Assembly (NCBI GenBank): GCA_002269645.1
Contig: NIVC01000628.1
Span: forward strand, 1 to 64,000
From: Macrostomum lignano
Lineage: Eukaryota
Direction of reading: 5' to 3'
Length of the DNA stretch: 64,000 nt
The position numbers and the translations under genes were made by a program. The notes beneath the pieces were generated by a model. That model did no database searches. It was not told where the DNA came from and saw nothing but the letters and a program-made list of their open reading frames with translations. This document shows, piece after piece, positions 1-47,272 of this stretch; position 1 is the first letter of the stretch, and each line of letters starts with the position of its first letter.

Positions 1-1316
1 TAGCACAATGACTTCACTCTAGAATGACCAGCAGCACAATGATCTCACTCTAGAATGACCAGTAGCACAATACTTCACTCTAGAATGACAGCAGCACAAT
101 GACCTTCACTCTAGAATGACCAGTAACAATGACCTTCACTCTAGAATGACCACAGCACAATGACTTCACTCTAGAATGACCAGTAGCACAATGACCTTCA
201 CTCTAGAATGACCAGTAGCACAATGACCTTCACTCTAGAATGACCAGTAGCACAATGACTTCACTCTAGAATGACCAGTAGCACAATGACTTCACTCTAG
301 AATGACAGAGCACAATGACCTTCATCTAGAATGACCAGTAGCACAATGACTTCACTCTAGAATGACCAGTAGCACAATGACTTCACTCTAGAATGACCAG
401 TAGCACAATGACCTTCACTCTAGAATGACCAGTAGCACAATGACCTTCACTCTAGAATGACCGCAGCACAATGACCTTCACTCTAGAATGACCAGTAGCA
501 CAATGACCTTCACTCTAGAATGACCAGTAGCACAATGACCTTCACTCTAGAATGACCAGCAGCACAATGACCTTCACTCTAGAATGACCAGTAGCACAAT
601 GACCTTCACTCTAGAATGACCAGTAGCACAATGACTTCACTCTAGAATGACCAGCAGCACAATGACCTTCACTCTAGAATGACCAGTAGCACAATGACCT
701 TCATTCTAGAATGACCAGTAGCACAATGACCTTCACTCTAGAATGACCAGCAGCACAAAAAACTTCACTCTAGAATGACCAGTAGCACAATGACCTTCAC
801 TCTAGAATGACCAGTAGCACAATTACCTTCACTCTAGAATGACCAGCCAGCACAAAACTTCACTCTAGAATGACCAGTAGCACAATGACCTTCACTCTAG
901 AATGACCAGTAGCACAATGACCTTCACTCTAGAATGACCAGTAGCACAATGACCTTCACTCTAGAATGACCAGTAGCACAATGACCTTCACTCTAGAATG
1001 ACCAGTAGCACAATGACCTTCACTCTAGAATGACCAGTAGCACAAAAAACTTCACTCTAGAATGACCAGTAGCACAAAACTTCACTCTAGAATGACCAGT
1101 AGCACAAACTTCACTCTAGAATGACCAGCAGCACAAAAAACTTCACTCTAGAATGACAGCAGCACAATGACCTTCACTCTAGAATGACCAGTAGCACAAT
1201 GACCTTCATTCTAGAATGACCAGCAGCACAATGACCTTCACTCTAGAATGACCAGTAGCACAATGACCTTCATTCTAGAATGACCAGCAGCACAATGACC
1301 TTTATTCTAGAATGAC
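1..1316. repeat. 32-bp minisatellite (TAGCACAATGACCTTCACTCTAGAATGACCAG)n in a tetraspanin intron
   Basis: About 40 tandem copies read directly. Many single-base deletions near the window start. Ends ~45 bp before the acceptor at 1361. Confidence 0.95.
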
Positions 1317-1361
1317 TATGACGTTAAAGTACTACTATTTTCTAAACGCCCCCACTCGCAG

Positions 1362-4445
<3,084 letters not shown>

Positions 4446-6002
4446 TCATCCAGCTGCCACCTTCATCAACTGTGCGGCGGGCCAAACAGACAGTCGATTT
4501 CAAATCTTTAAATATTTCTTTGACTGACATAAAACTAAATCAGAAACCAGCTGTCTAAATTTATTTAATATGTTTTGCATCGAAATCATTTTGGTACTTT
4601 TTTAAGTTCATTGAAACTTTTTCTACCCTTTTTTCTAAAACATGGATTTGAGAACCTTGGCGTGAAAAAGGACATAAAAACCGTGTTGCCAGCAGGTTTT
4701 TTTTATAAAACATTTGCAAATCTTCTTTGATTTACCGCCAAACGTATTTAAACAAAGCACTTTTTCGCTTCATTAATTTTAACAATTTAGCTTGTACTGA
4801 GTGCTTGATCGAGTGCTTTGACGCAGAACACAGAAACAGAAGCATTTTTAACTCATTTTAAATAAACACAGAGAAAATGAGTCTCAAAAGTAAATGAAAA
4901 TGGAAAAAGAGCATAAAAGTCGTAGATTAGGAATCACGAACGAAAAATTTAAATTTTTGACTCGTGTGCTCAGCTCCGGCTTTGTTGCTCAGCATAACAC
5001 GAGATCGAGACACAAAATTCAAAAGGACTATATTACAACTATAGCTAGACAATGTGTATTCTAGTCGTCCTTTGACAAAATCTTAATACACGGGCGACCG
5101 GAATTCGCGCTAACTTAATACAAAAACAGTACAGTAAATTGAAAAGAGGAAGAGATACATGAAGGAAAAGTATATGAAAAAGGGTAGAAAATTTCAAAAT
5201 TATGTCGGCCGCCAAGCACCATACGTACATGTACAGTAGATTCTATGAAGTTCTTTTAGTATGTGTTGCAGATCGAGTTTGTAACTATTACATGTCGACC
5301 TTATGTATACCTTAATTAATTATGTAATCACTTACTTCGATTTTTCAAGTGTAGATCAGCTAGGAAGTACGAGTAACATTTGCAAATCACTACAATGTAA
5401 CTTGAAGAACGTACTTTTGACCGTGGAAATGACGACAAAACTGGTGTATATAAACTGGAATTATACAATTAGCATAAAGCATAATACATACACGAGCACA
5501 AAATTGCAAATATAGTTCGCATGTTTCTATTATGCGATTTTTGTTTTCTAATCCGCCATTTATTTCATTTAGAAAATTTTATGCGTCGGAAATTGTCTTC
5601 CCTAAACGGTAAATAAAAGCCAATAAAACAAAACTTATTGTAAGTGTTTATACGTTACGCTAAAATCTAGAAAAAGTTAGTAAATTCAAATTAAAAACTT
5701 TATTTTGACTTTTTGTAAAAAGCAAAAGAGAGCGTGATTATTCAAAATTTACAATTCTTTTTCTTTTGTTTTCTACGACTCTTCAAAGAAATGAAGTCGA
5801 CGACACAGTTGGATTAAGTCTATATCCCATACCAGATGATTTCGAGTATTTCTTTCAAAATTTACAGTTTTTATTTTAATTGACAAAACGTTGGGAATAA
5901 TGATTAAAACTCAGTGCTGAAATTTTAGTTCTGAAGAAGGAGCATTATAAGTTTTAAAAGCGATCGGCTACAAAACCAAAAGCAAAACTGCGCAATAGAA
6001 CC

Positions 6003-35327
<29,325 letters not shown>

Positions 35328-35654
35328 CATGGTTGGAGAGGCCGACTGCCTGGCTCTGCTGTTGTATAGTTTCTGTTTATTTGCTTTTCCATATTAGTGC
35401 GATTGACAGGTGTCTGCTTGAGCCGCTCAGGAGGGGCAGGGGGCTCGGCTAATGCTGGCCCGCGACCCCTGCAATTATTGTGGCAGCTGCTTGTCCGCGC
35501 GAATCTGCCGCTTCTAGTGGATTTTTGATGCGGCGCGAACTTTTTTCTGTTCTGTTTTTCTCCTTACCGTATTCTTCTTCTGCGAATGCAATGCCGAACA
35601 TGCAAGGTTTGCTTTTTGTGCTTGACTTTTGCTTGTTTTGTACTCTGGTTAGAC

Positions 35655-36372
35655 ACAATGATGCGGTCCAGCTATCTGTGTCCTTGAATGAACACAATGA
35701 TGCGGTCCAGCTATCTGTGTCCTTGAATGAACACAATGATGCGGTCCAGCTATCTGTGTCCTTGAATGAACACAATGATGCGGTCCAGCTATCTGTGTCC
35801 TTGAATGAACACAATGATGCGGTCCAGCTATCTGTGTCCTTGAATGAACACAATGATGCGGTCCAGCTATCTGTGTCCTTGAATGAACACATGATGCGGT
35901 CCAGCTATCTGTGTCCTTGAATGAACACAATGATGCGGTCCAGCTATTTGTGTCCTTGAATGAACACAATGATGCGGTCCAGATATATGTGTCCTTGAAT
36001 GAACACAATGATGCGGTCCAGCTATCTGTGTCCTTGAATGAACACAATGATGCGGTCCAGCTATCTGTGTCCTTGAATGAACACAATGATGCGGTCCAGC
36101 TATCTGTGTCCTTGAATGAACACAATGATGCGGTCCAGCTATCTGTGTCCTTGAATGAACACAATGATGCGGTCCAGCTATCTGTGTCCTTGAATGAACA
36201 CAATGATGCGGTCCAGCTATCTGTGTCCTTGAATGAACACAATGATGCGGTCCAGCTATCTGTGTCCTTGAATGAACACAATGATGCGGTCCAGCTATCT
36301 GTGTCCTTGAATGAACACAATGATGCGGTCCAGCTATCTGTGTCCTTGAATGAACACAATGATGCGGTCCAG
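35655..36372. repeat. 39-bp minisatellite (CACAATGATGCGGTCCAGCTATCTGTGTCCTTGAATGAA)n
   Basis: About 18 near-identical copies downstream of the CASK stop. Confidence 0.96.
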
Positions 36373-36749
36373 TTCTTGAACATTGTGCTAACCTGTGATC
36401 GAATTGCATAAAGGCTTGACAGATGTCCTCTACGCAATTTATATGGAGCCTCGGGGAAAAATTTTGGCATTAAAGAAGTTCGTATTGATTAGCAGTAAAT
36501 TTGAAGCTTAATTATTATCTAAGTTAGGATGAGTTCAATCGATCACGTACTCCTTCTTTGATGTCAGCAACTCCCTCATCTGTACGCGCCCAGGCCTTTA
36601 CTTGTTGTTAATTTTAGTCTATTTTTACCTTCTGGCCATCAAAATTAGACAACCGAGCTGCCTCATATTGGAATTTCGACGCGTGCGTGCAAGTTTTGGA
36701 ATTCATCTATAAGTATGTCATAGTAGTGCAGGGCTCGGTAACATTTTAT

Positions 36750-37978
36750 GAGATCTTATCTCATCTATCTCAGATCTTATCTCATCTATCTCAGATCTTA
36801 TCTCATCTGTCTCAGATCTTATCTCATCTATCTCAGATCTTATCTCATCTGTCTCAGATCTTATCTCATCTATCTCAGATCTTATCTCATCTATCTCAGA
36901 TCTTATCTCGTCTGTCTCAGATCTTATCTCATCTATCTCAGATCTTATCTCATCTATCTCAGATCTTATCTCGTCTGTCTCAGATCTTATCTCATCTATC
37001 TCAGATCTTATCTCATCTATCTCAGATCTTATCTCATCTATCTCAGATCTTATCTCGTCTGTCTCAGATCTTATCTCATCTATCTCAGATCTTATCTCAT
37101 CTGTCTCAGATCTTATCTCATCTATCTCAGATCTTATCTCGTCTGTCTCAGATCTTATCTCATCTATCTCAGATCTTATCTCATCTGTCTCAGATCTTAT
37201 CTCATCTATCTCAGATCTTATCTCATCTGTCTCAGATCTTATCTCATCTATCTCAGATCTTATCTCATCTATCTCGGATTCTTATCTCATCTATCTCAGA
37301 TCTTATCTCATCTATCTCAGATCTTATATCATCTATCTCGGATTCTTATGTCATCTATCTCAGATCTTATCTCATCTATCTCAGATCTTATCTCATCTAT
37401 CTCAGATCTTATCTCATCTATCTCAGATCTTATCTCATCTATCTCAGATCTTATCTCATCTATCTCAGATCTTATCTCGTCTGTCTCAGATCTTATCTCA
37501 TCTATCTCAGATCTTATCTCATCTATCTCAGATCTTATCTCATCTATCAAGATCTTATCTCATCTATCTCGGATTCTTATGTCATCTATCTCAGATCTTA
37601 TCTCATCTATCAAGATCTTATCTCATCTATCTCGGATTCTTATGTCATCTATCTCAGATCTTATCTCATCTGTCTCAGATCTTATCTTATCTATCTCAGA
37701 TTCTTTTGTCATCTATCTCAGATCTTATCTCATCTATCTCAGATCTTATCTCATCTATCTCAGATCTTATCTCATCTATCTCAGATCTTATCTCATCTAT
37801 CAAGATCTTATCTCATCTATCTCGGATTATTATGTCATCTATCTCTGATCTTATCTCATCTATCTTAGATCTTATCTCATCTCTCTCAGATTGTATCGCA
37901 TCTATCTCGGATTCTTATCTCGTGTATCTCAGATATAATCTCATGTATCTCAGATTTGAAGATGAGATAAGATCTCAT
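36750..37978. repeat. 21-bp minisatellite (TCAGATCTTATCTCATCTATC)n
   Basis: Read directly; explains ORFs 36687-37868. Confidence 0.96.
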
Positions 37979-38699
37979 TCGTACCGAATTTCAGCTCGGT
38001 CTCGGGTTCCATCTCGAATCTCTGTCTCTCTGTTTTCAGTTTTTTCTTTCACTTCCCGACTTTTCCTGCCGCGGAAGCTCTCTTATAATCAACTACCAGC
38101 TGTCTCTTCTTCATCGCCCAGCATCTTAAGAGCCGTAGCTTGTCCGCAGCCCACTCAGCCTCTGTCCGCGGTCTGTCATCAAGCAGAATTATTCAATTTT
38201 TCCTTCTTTTCCTTCCTAACCGAGCTCTGCTCCCATCGGTTCTGTTTTGATCCCCCGTTTTGCGTCATAAATATCTCGGCTTCCTCTCGGGTTGCTGACA
38301 GCCGGGCGGGTCACGCTATTCTATCGAACTCGTACAACCTATCGTCAGCTTTGATTACCTTAGCTGCCTGTCCGAATACACTGCTGTAATTATTGATTAT
38401 GAAGCGCTGAACAAACTAATGCATCATGACTGACTTGCTTCTGTACATAGCCTGCTGACATAACATTGTTTGTGTTGTTAAAAGTTCGTTCTTAGAAATG
38501 CCAGAATCTAAATATATGTTTTAATGCATATTTGACGGTTTAGTTAAGGCATGGATGAGACCTCCTCAGCTACTCCGAAATTGTTCACTGATCAGTTGGT
38601 TTATTGTGTTGCCTTCCACTGCTTCGAAGTTTCACATCGTCGGGAAGTTTTGAGAAAAGTATTTTTTTTGTACAAAACTTCATGGTGGCGTGAAGCTTC

Positions 38700-40225
38700 T
38701 GGTTTGTGAAGATTCGAGCTTGTGAAGACTAGAGCTTGTGAATATTCGAGCTTGTGAGGATTCGAGCTTGTGAAGATTCGAGCTTGTGAAGATTCAAGCT
38801 TGAGACGACTCGAGCTTGTGAAGATTCGAGCTTGTGAAGATTCGAGCTTGTGAAGATTCGAGCTTGTGGAGCTTCGGGTTTGTGAAGATTCGAGCTTGTG
38901 AAGCTTCGGGTTTGTGAAGATTCGAGCTTGTGAAGCTTCGGGTTTGTGAAGATTCAAGCTTGTGAAGATTCGGGTTTGTGAAAATTCGAGCTTGTGAGAA
39001 AATTCAAGTTTGTGACAATTCGAGCTTGTGAAGATTCGAGCTTGTGAAGATTCGAGCTTGTGAAGATTCGAGCTTGTGAAGATTCGAGCTTGTGAAGATT
39101 CGAGCTTGTGAAGCTTCGGGTTTGTGAAGATTCGAGCTTGTGAGGATTCGAGCTTGAGACGACTCGAGCTTGTGAAGATTCGGGTTTGTGACAATTCGAG
39201 CTTGTAAAGATTCGAGCTTGTGAAGCTTCGGGTTTGTGAAGATTCGAGCTTGTGAAGCTTCGGGTTTGTGAAGATTCGAGCTTGTGAAGCTTCGAGTTTG
39301 TGAAAATTCGAGCTTGTGAAGATTCGGGTTTGTGACAATTCGAGCTTGTAAAGATTCGAGCTTGTGAAGCTTCGGGTTTGTGAAGATTCGAGCTTGTGAA
39401 GCTTCGGGTTTGTGAAGATTCGAGCTTGTGAAGCTTCGGGTTTGTGAAGATTCGAGCTTGTGAAGCTTCGGGTTTGTGAAAATTCGAGCTTGAAGATTCG
39501 AGCTTGTGAAGATTCGAGCTTGTGAAGCTTCAGGTTTGTGAAGATTCGAGCTTGTGAAGATTCGAGCTTGTGAAGCTTCAGGTTTGTGAAGATTCGAGCT
39601 TGTGAAGATTCGAGCTTGTGAAGATTCGAGCTTGTGAAGATTCGAGCTTGTGAAGCTTCAGGTTTGTGAAGATTCGAGCTTGTGAAGAAAATTCAAGTTT
39701 GTGACAACTCGAGCTTGTGAAGATTCGAGCTTGTGAAGATTCGAGCTTGTGAAGATTCGAGCTTGTGAGGATTCGAGCTTGAGACGACTCGAGCTTGTGA
39801 AGATTCGAGCTTGTGAATATTCGAGCTTGTAAAGATTCGAGCTTGTGAGGATTCGAGCTTGAGACGACTCGAGCTTGTGAAGATTCGAGCTTGTGAATAT
39901 TCGAGCTTGTGAAGATTCGAGCTTGTGAAGCTTCAGGTTTGTGAAGATTCGAGCTTGTGAAGCTTCGGGTTTGTGAAGATTCGAGCTTGTGAAGATTCGG
40001 GTTTGTGACAATTCGAGCTTGTAAAGATTCGAGCTTGTGAAGATTCGAGCTTGTGAAGATTCGAGCTTGAGACGACTCGAGCTTGTGAAGATTCGAGCTT
40101 GTGAAGCTTCGGGTTTGTGAAGATTCGAGCTTGTGAAGCTTCGGGTTTGTGAAGATTCGAGCTTGTGAGGATTCAAGCTTGTGAAGATTCGGGTTTGTGA
40201 AAATCAGAGCTTGAGAAGCGTCCCC
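38700..40225 (-). repeat. 16-bp minisatellite (GAAGATTCGAGCTTGT)n, reverse complement of the 14620-15008 family
   Basis: About 94 copies with variants; ends in GAAGCGTCCCC. Confidence 0.95.
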
Positions 40226-41362
40226 AGTTCCCGTTTCACATACTGCATGACCAGAGCCAGCCCAGCTGCTATTTTAGTTCAGACTTGGCACTGCCCACAC
40301 ACCAAAACGCGTGTAGCAAGGCAAGGTAGGCAATGCCGAATTCTGTAGTTACCATGGCGGCAGTCGAAACTGCAAGCAAACCGCTTTGCGGAGCGGCAGT
40401 TGGCTTTGGGCTGAGCTCGTTAATACCCGCCCACCGGATCTGCAGGTACGCCAGGGGGGCGGCAGCTGGTGATGAGGCGCCGCGAATTCTTAGTAAGAGG
40501 AAGAGTAGGATTATTAGGCAACTTGCTAATTAATCTGTTCGCTGGGACTATGTCGTATGAAGCAGATCCGTGCGATCCGCAGCCGACAGCACTGCTTTCG
40601 CAGTTTCCTACATGCAGTGGCATGAAAGTTCTGTTTAGCCTACAGAGTCACGGGCGTAAAATCTCAGAGCAGTCGTGGTCCATCATTCTACTGACCCTGA
40701 GCAATGGCTTGGCCCTGCTCGTGCAATTAACGCCCTTGAGGGCCAACCCCAAAGGTACAGTGAAGGTATACATACTTAACGACAAATAAAGTTAGGGCCG
40801 CTGTACACTCCTGTGTGAGTGTGTGCCTGTGCGTAATGACTGCGTACGCATCCGCGCGCTTGTGTGCCTGCTCAGGGGAGTCTGCGAAGTGGGCAGTAAT
40901 GCCTCTCTCTCGCTGGTTGTGTGACAATGTCGCTTACAGTGCGCCAGGGTGCACACAACCCCCTGTCTCTTATATCCGATGCACATCTGGTGCGCATCCG
41001 GTGCACATCCAATGCACATCCGATGCACATCCGGTGCACATCCGGTGCAAATCCGGTGCACAAGCCCCATTCGAATGTGGCCGCGCGCGGAGTCGAATCC
41101 CCAGGGGTCGTGTCGCGAGAGCCAGACCCTTGCCCTGTTTCGTACATTATTTGTTCCGTATTTTTAATTTTCCCTCACAAAAAATGAAAAAGATGAATGG
41201 CATTTGACTTGCAAACAATCGCTCAGAATCTAGATTTGCATGTCGGTACATGAACCAGACGAATGACTTCTGACTTTAACAATAAAAACCCAAGTCAAAG
41301 GTAGGGAGGCTGTGACAGACACGAGAAGTGCAACCAGTTAGACTTTAATCTCCAGAGCTCCG

Positions 41363-42628
41363 CTAGCGCCGTCCGCATGTCAGAATCCGGCGGAACGCCT
41401 GTCTGAAGTCCTTGTTGAACACCGTGTAGATGACCGGGTTCAGAGCGCTGTTGCAGTAGCCCAGCCAGAAGAAGAAGTCGAATAGGATCAGCGGCACGCA
41501 GCCGCAGAAAATGTCCGTCAGGTAGGTGGTGAAGAAGGGGAACCAGCAGAGCACGAAGGCGCCCATGATGAGGCCCAGGACGAGGGTTGCCCGGCGCTCC
41601 CGGGCTCGCGCCAGTCGGCGCTTCTGCCGCAACGCCGCCTCGGCTGCCGACATGGCCTTCGGGGCTGCAGACTGCGCCGCTTCCACCGCAGCGGTCTCGC
41701 CCGAGTCCATCAGCTGCTCGTCGGGTTCGACATCCGGTTCGACATCCGGTTCACCATCCATTTCGACATCCGATCGAGCTCCGTCCTCGACGGCGTCGGC
41801 GTTGGAGGCGCGCTGTTGAAGCCGCCTAACAGAGCGTCGCAACGCTTCGACATTTCGCTGCGTCGATGTCGCCGCCGCCGCGGCTGCCGTCGCTGACGTC
41901 GACAACGGCTGAGGCGGGCAGCGCCGGCGGGCGTGGCGTCTGGCGGTGCGGAAGATCCTGGCGTACACGAACAGCATGATGAGCATGGGGATGTAGAAGC
42001 TGCCCATGCTGCTGTACATCACGTAGCCGATGTCTGTGGTCAGTTCGCACCTGTCCGGCCGGGCCTGCGGCTTCCGCCAGCCCAGCAGCGGCGGCAGGCA
42101 GATGGCGGCGGACAGCAGCCAGACGACGCCAATCATCCCGGCGGCCCGCCGCGGCGTCCTCCTCCGCGGGTACGTGAGCGCCTTGGAGACGCTCCAGTAG
42201 CGGTCTAGGCTGATGAGGCACAGGTTCATGATGCTGGCCGTGCACGCTAGGACGTCGATGGCCAGCCATAGCTCGCACCAACGGACGCCGAACACCCAGG
42301 CGCCCAGCAGCTGCTTGACCAGGGAGAACGGCATCACCAGCAGGCCCAGCAGGAGGTCAGCGAAGGCCAACGACGCCAGGAACCAGTTCTGCACACTGGA
42401 AACCTTGCGGTCGCGTGCAATGGCCGCGATCACCAGCAGGTTGCCGAGGACCACCAGCGTCCAGATGATTAGCACCGCCAGGATGATTGCGGCGGCCGCG
42501 ACCGGCGGGTACTGCAGCTGGACTAAGGCGAGGAGCTCGTCTTCTCCGAGGGCTGCGGAGGCGGTGACGCCGCTAGAGTTCGAGGCCAGCGGGCTGGCCT
42601 GCCGCTGCGACTGCTGGTGCGGTGACAT
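41363..42628 (-). CDS. Biogenic amine GPCR, alpha2-adrenergic/alpha2-like octopamine receptor type, intronless, 421 aa
   Basis: Seven hydrophobic segments with GNLLV, QNWFLASLAFADLLLGLLVMPFSL, IDVLACTAS (D3.32), LDRYWSV, ICLPPLLGW, YSSMGSFYIP (TM5 serines), CWFPFF, FFWLGYCNSALNPVIYTVFNKDFRQAF. Confidence 0.93.
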   Translation of the reverse strand: MSPHQQSQRQASPLASNSSGVTASAALGEDELLALVQLQYPPVAAAAIILAVLIIWTLVVLGNLLVIAAIARDRKVSSVQNWFLASLAFADLLLGLLVMPFSLVKQLLGAWVFGVRWCELWLAIDVLACTASIMNLCLISLDRYWSVSKALTYPRRRTPRRAAGMIGVVWLLSAAICLPPLLGWRKPQARPDRCELTTDIGYVMYSSMGSFYIPMLIMLFVYARIFRTARRHARRRCPPQPLSTSATAAAAAATSTQRNVEALRRSVRRLQQRASNADAVEDGARSDVEMDGEPDVEPDVEPDEQLMDSGETAAVEAAQSAAPKAMSAAEAALRQKRRLARARERRATLVLGLIMGAFVLCWFPFFTTYLTDIFCGCVPLILFDFFFWLGYCNSALNPVIYTVFNKDFRQAFRRILTCGRR

Positions 42629-42679
42629 GGCTCTGGAGGCTGGGATCGGGGCGGGCGGGGAGGGTGTTTTGTTTATTTA

Positions 42680-42990
42680 AATCTCGATCCCGAGTCTCTA
42701 TTCCCTATCCCGAATCTCTAATCCCCATTTCGAATCTCCAATCCTCATTCTGAATCTCTAGCTCCTATTCCAAATCTCTATTTTCCATTTCGAATTTCTA
42801 ATCTTCATTTCGAATCTCTAATCCCTATTCCGAATCTCTAATCCTCATCCCGATTCTCTAATCCCCATCCCGAATCTCTAATCCCCATCCCGAATCTCTA
42901 ATCCCCATTCCAAACCTGTAATCCCCTATTCCGAATCTCTTTTTCCCATTCCGAATCTCTAATCCCCATCCCCGAAGCTCTAATCCCCAA
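42680..42990. repeat. ~20-bp imperfect repeat (ATCCCGAATCTCTAATCCCC)n upstream of the GPCR start
   Basis: Read directly. Confidence 0.88.
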
Positions 42991-43389
42991 CCAGAATGGG
43001 AACTGAAGCATATCTAGCATTCCCACATTTTCAAAAGCAGCCGGCGAGAATTCGGTGCGACAAGGGCTGCAGGCCGGGTCAACTTTAATTCGCTAAATAA
43101 CAGCTGGGTCGGAAGTGGATCTTTTTGGCATTTCAAGGCTCCCACGCTTTGCTGAAAATCACCGTTGGGATCCGCTTCGCCCCACCCCTCCCCCACAGCC
43201 AAATGCCCTTTACCCTTCCTGGCAACCAACTCCCTAAAGAGTTCTTAATGGCTTTGGATTGCGCAGCCTCCCCCGCTTTTGCCTTCATTGGCAGCGGTGC
43301 TTTTGGCATCCCGCTTTTCCACCGAAACCCGCTCTGGAATGCAAACAGCTGCTTGTGGTTGCGGCAGATTCCAACTGTAGGTCCTGGGC

Positions 43390-44550
<1,161 letters not shown>

Positions 44551-45348
44551 AATCCATCAATGTAGCTATCTATTCAGCTCCTTTAAATAGGGACAAGCGC
44601 AGCCGAGACAATGGACCAGCCTATTCGGGACAGCAGTGCAGCAGTATTCTGTGATGAATAGCGGAGGCCCTGGCCATTTTCAAGCAACCCGCAGTTTTGC
44701 GCTGGTCGCCGGGCGTTGCCAGATTCATAATTGAAAGGGAAGCCTCCTAAATCCGGAACCTTCGAGACCTGCCCGGATGGATGAAGCCGCTTTTTAAATA
44801 ACTGAGACCGAATTCCACTGTGTTGTGTCCGAACGGGTTAACAGAAATCGCTGCTTTTTATTTTGAAGCCGTTCCACTTTGCCGAGCCACCTTGCAATTC
44901 CAGCTCATGCTAGCAGAATTTGGAATCAATAAATTCAGAAATCTACAAATTTTGATTTTTTGCCACTATAATGCCACATTTTTAAAACTAAAATTGCATT
45001 TTTTTAATCAACAAGTCTGTTCAGGTGCGACATTGCCGCACTCCTGTCCCATCTGTGCCAAGCTGCGGCATGCATTTCCTGCCTGCCTGCCTGCCTGTCT
45101 GTCTGTCTGGCTAGGCGTCCCGCAATTAAGAAGTGGTAGCCCCCGGCCCCCGAGACTCCACTGCTGCATATGGGTTTCCACACGGTCTCTGGCTCGGATT
45201 AAGAGGCTCCTTGAGAGGCAGAGGAATCGATTCAATTCTACTCGAATTGGCCGTATGGAATATGGGATATGTGAATTTTTTACACTGGACCGCATCGTTG
45301 TGTTCAATTTAGCCTGAGCATTTTCCTGCAATGGAGTCCCCAGCCTCG

Positions 45349-45697
45349 TTAGGTTTAGGTCTAGGATTTAGTTTTAGGTCTAGGGTTTAGGTTTAGGTCT
45401 AGGGTTTAGGTTTAGTTTTAGGGTTTAGGTTTAGGGTTTTGGTTTATGTCTAGGGTTTAGGTTTAGGTCTAGGGTTTAGGTTTAGGTCTAGGGTTTAGGT
45501 TTAGTTTTAGGGTTTAGGTTTAGTTTTAGGGTTTAGGTTTAGTTTTAGGGTTTAAGTTTAGAGTTTAGTTTTAGGTCTACGGTTTAGGTTTAGGCTTAGG
45601 TTTTAGGTTTAGGGTTTAGGTTTAGGTTTAAGCTTTAGGTTTAGGGCTTATGCTTTAGGTTTAGGTCTAGGGTTTTTAGGTTTAGGGTTTAGGTTTA
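45349..45697. repeat. Interstitial telomere-like repeat (TTTAGG/TTTAGGG/TCTAGGG mixture)
   Basis: Read directly; G-rich strand is +. Confidence 0.88.
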
Positions 45698-46047
45698 CAG
45701 ATAGATACATCCATGGTAATATAGCGCAGAGGCCTGGTGCCTGAAGAAGAGGCTTAGATAATTTTTCCACAAAGCCAGAACAGAGATTAAACTGATTCTT
45801 TGAAATGATGTCTTTGTGGTTTCCTTTCAAGACACTGTTGAAACCTGATCCTGCTAACCGTAAGCTTTAAATGCTTTTAAAACTGTAAGAATTTTTGTCT
45901 TGCCCGCGATTCTCTTGACTTTCGAAACAAACCAAAAGACTGAAACCGGAGCAAGCAGTTAGTGTTTCTTTTAAAAGCGGCTTTGCTGCCAGAGGACTGG
46001 ATTTGAAAGGAAAGAAAATGACAGTTAAAACCAGCTTTAATGTCACA

Positions 46048-46235
46048 TCGTTGTGTTCAATGTACACTGGACCGCATCGTTGTGTTCAATGTACACTGGA
46101 CCGCATCGTTGTGTTCAATGTACACTGGACCGCATCATTGTGTTCAATGTACACTGGACCGCATCGTTGTGTTCAATGTACACTGGACCGCATTACTGTG
46201 TTCAATGTACACTGGACCGCATCGTTGTGTTCAAT
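46048..46235. repeat. 29-bp minisatellite (CGTTGTGTTCAATGTACACTGGACCGCAT)n
   Basis: About 6.5 copies; single copy of the core at 45285-45310. Confidence 0.93.
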
Positions 46236-46644
46236 CTTAACTTTCATGGCGAATCCCTTCCTTTTGTACTTTTGTACTTGCATAGCAGCTCAGTGCGCTC
46301 AGTCTGCTCCAAACGATGCGCAGAAATGAACTAGAAATACGCTCCGAACCCGCATCTACTTGGCGACAGCAGTAAAAAAAGAAGCTTTTGCACTTTTTAT
46401 TTATGCTATCGCGAATGCTCAGCTGAGAGATAACTGGAGGTTGGGGGGGGGGCGAGGGTTTGCCGCCAAATTATGGGGGGATATCGATACTCGACCAGCC
46501 GTTGAATGACCCTTGCAGAGTAGGTTGAAGAGAGGGCGGAGGCTGCGAGGCTGCGTGGCTCTGAGCAGCTGCTGCTGTTTTACTGCGGAGCCACGGCAGT
46601 TCTGACGGCCGGAGGTGTGGCAGAAGTTTCTTTCAGGCGCCTGA

Positions 46645-46645
<1 letters not shown>

Positions 46646-46702
<57 letters not shown>
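46646..46702. repeat. (CA)n microsatellite
   Basis: Read directly. Confidence 0.97.
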
Positions 46703-46706
<4 letters not shown>

Positions 46707-47272
46707 GGCTCAGTCCTCCGCTACATGGCGGATACTGGCAGCTTGGAAAAGACCGACAGCTCAGTATAGAGAGAGACGGGAAGCGGGAGGCACAGTGACA
46801 CCCCGTAGAGTCAGCCCAGTCTCGGAATTCGTGATGGATCGCGGCGCGGAGAGTGTCGCCCATCGGACAAAAAATGGCTCCGTCAGTCACATAAAAATAA
46901 TGTTTGACGGTCGGTCGAAGGCAGGCTGGGTGAGAACGGAGAGTTGCCTGCATCATATACGTGGGTTTTATACAGGCATAGAACTGCTGCACCATCTCTG
47001 CTTCTACCCCTGGGAGGGGGGCTCACAAACTGCGTCCCAAAGTTTCAGCTCAAATTTAAGACTGAATCGTAAGTGCATTCCACCTCGATGCCAGCTCAGA
47101 GGGTGAGAATTCTGGGTGGAGGTGCGGTTTAAAGTAGGATTGGCCTTAGACAAACCTCAACATTAAAAAAGTGTTTCAATTGCCAAGTCTCACTAGTCGG
47201 ATAACTCCTGTCAATTCGACTTGGGAAAACTCCTTGTTCAGTTGGGATCTCCTCTATTAGACAATTAGATCC

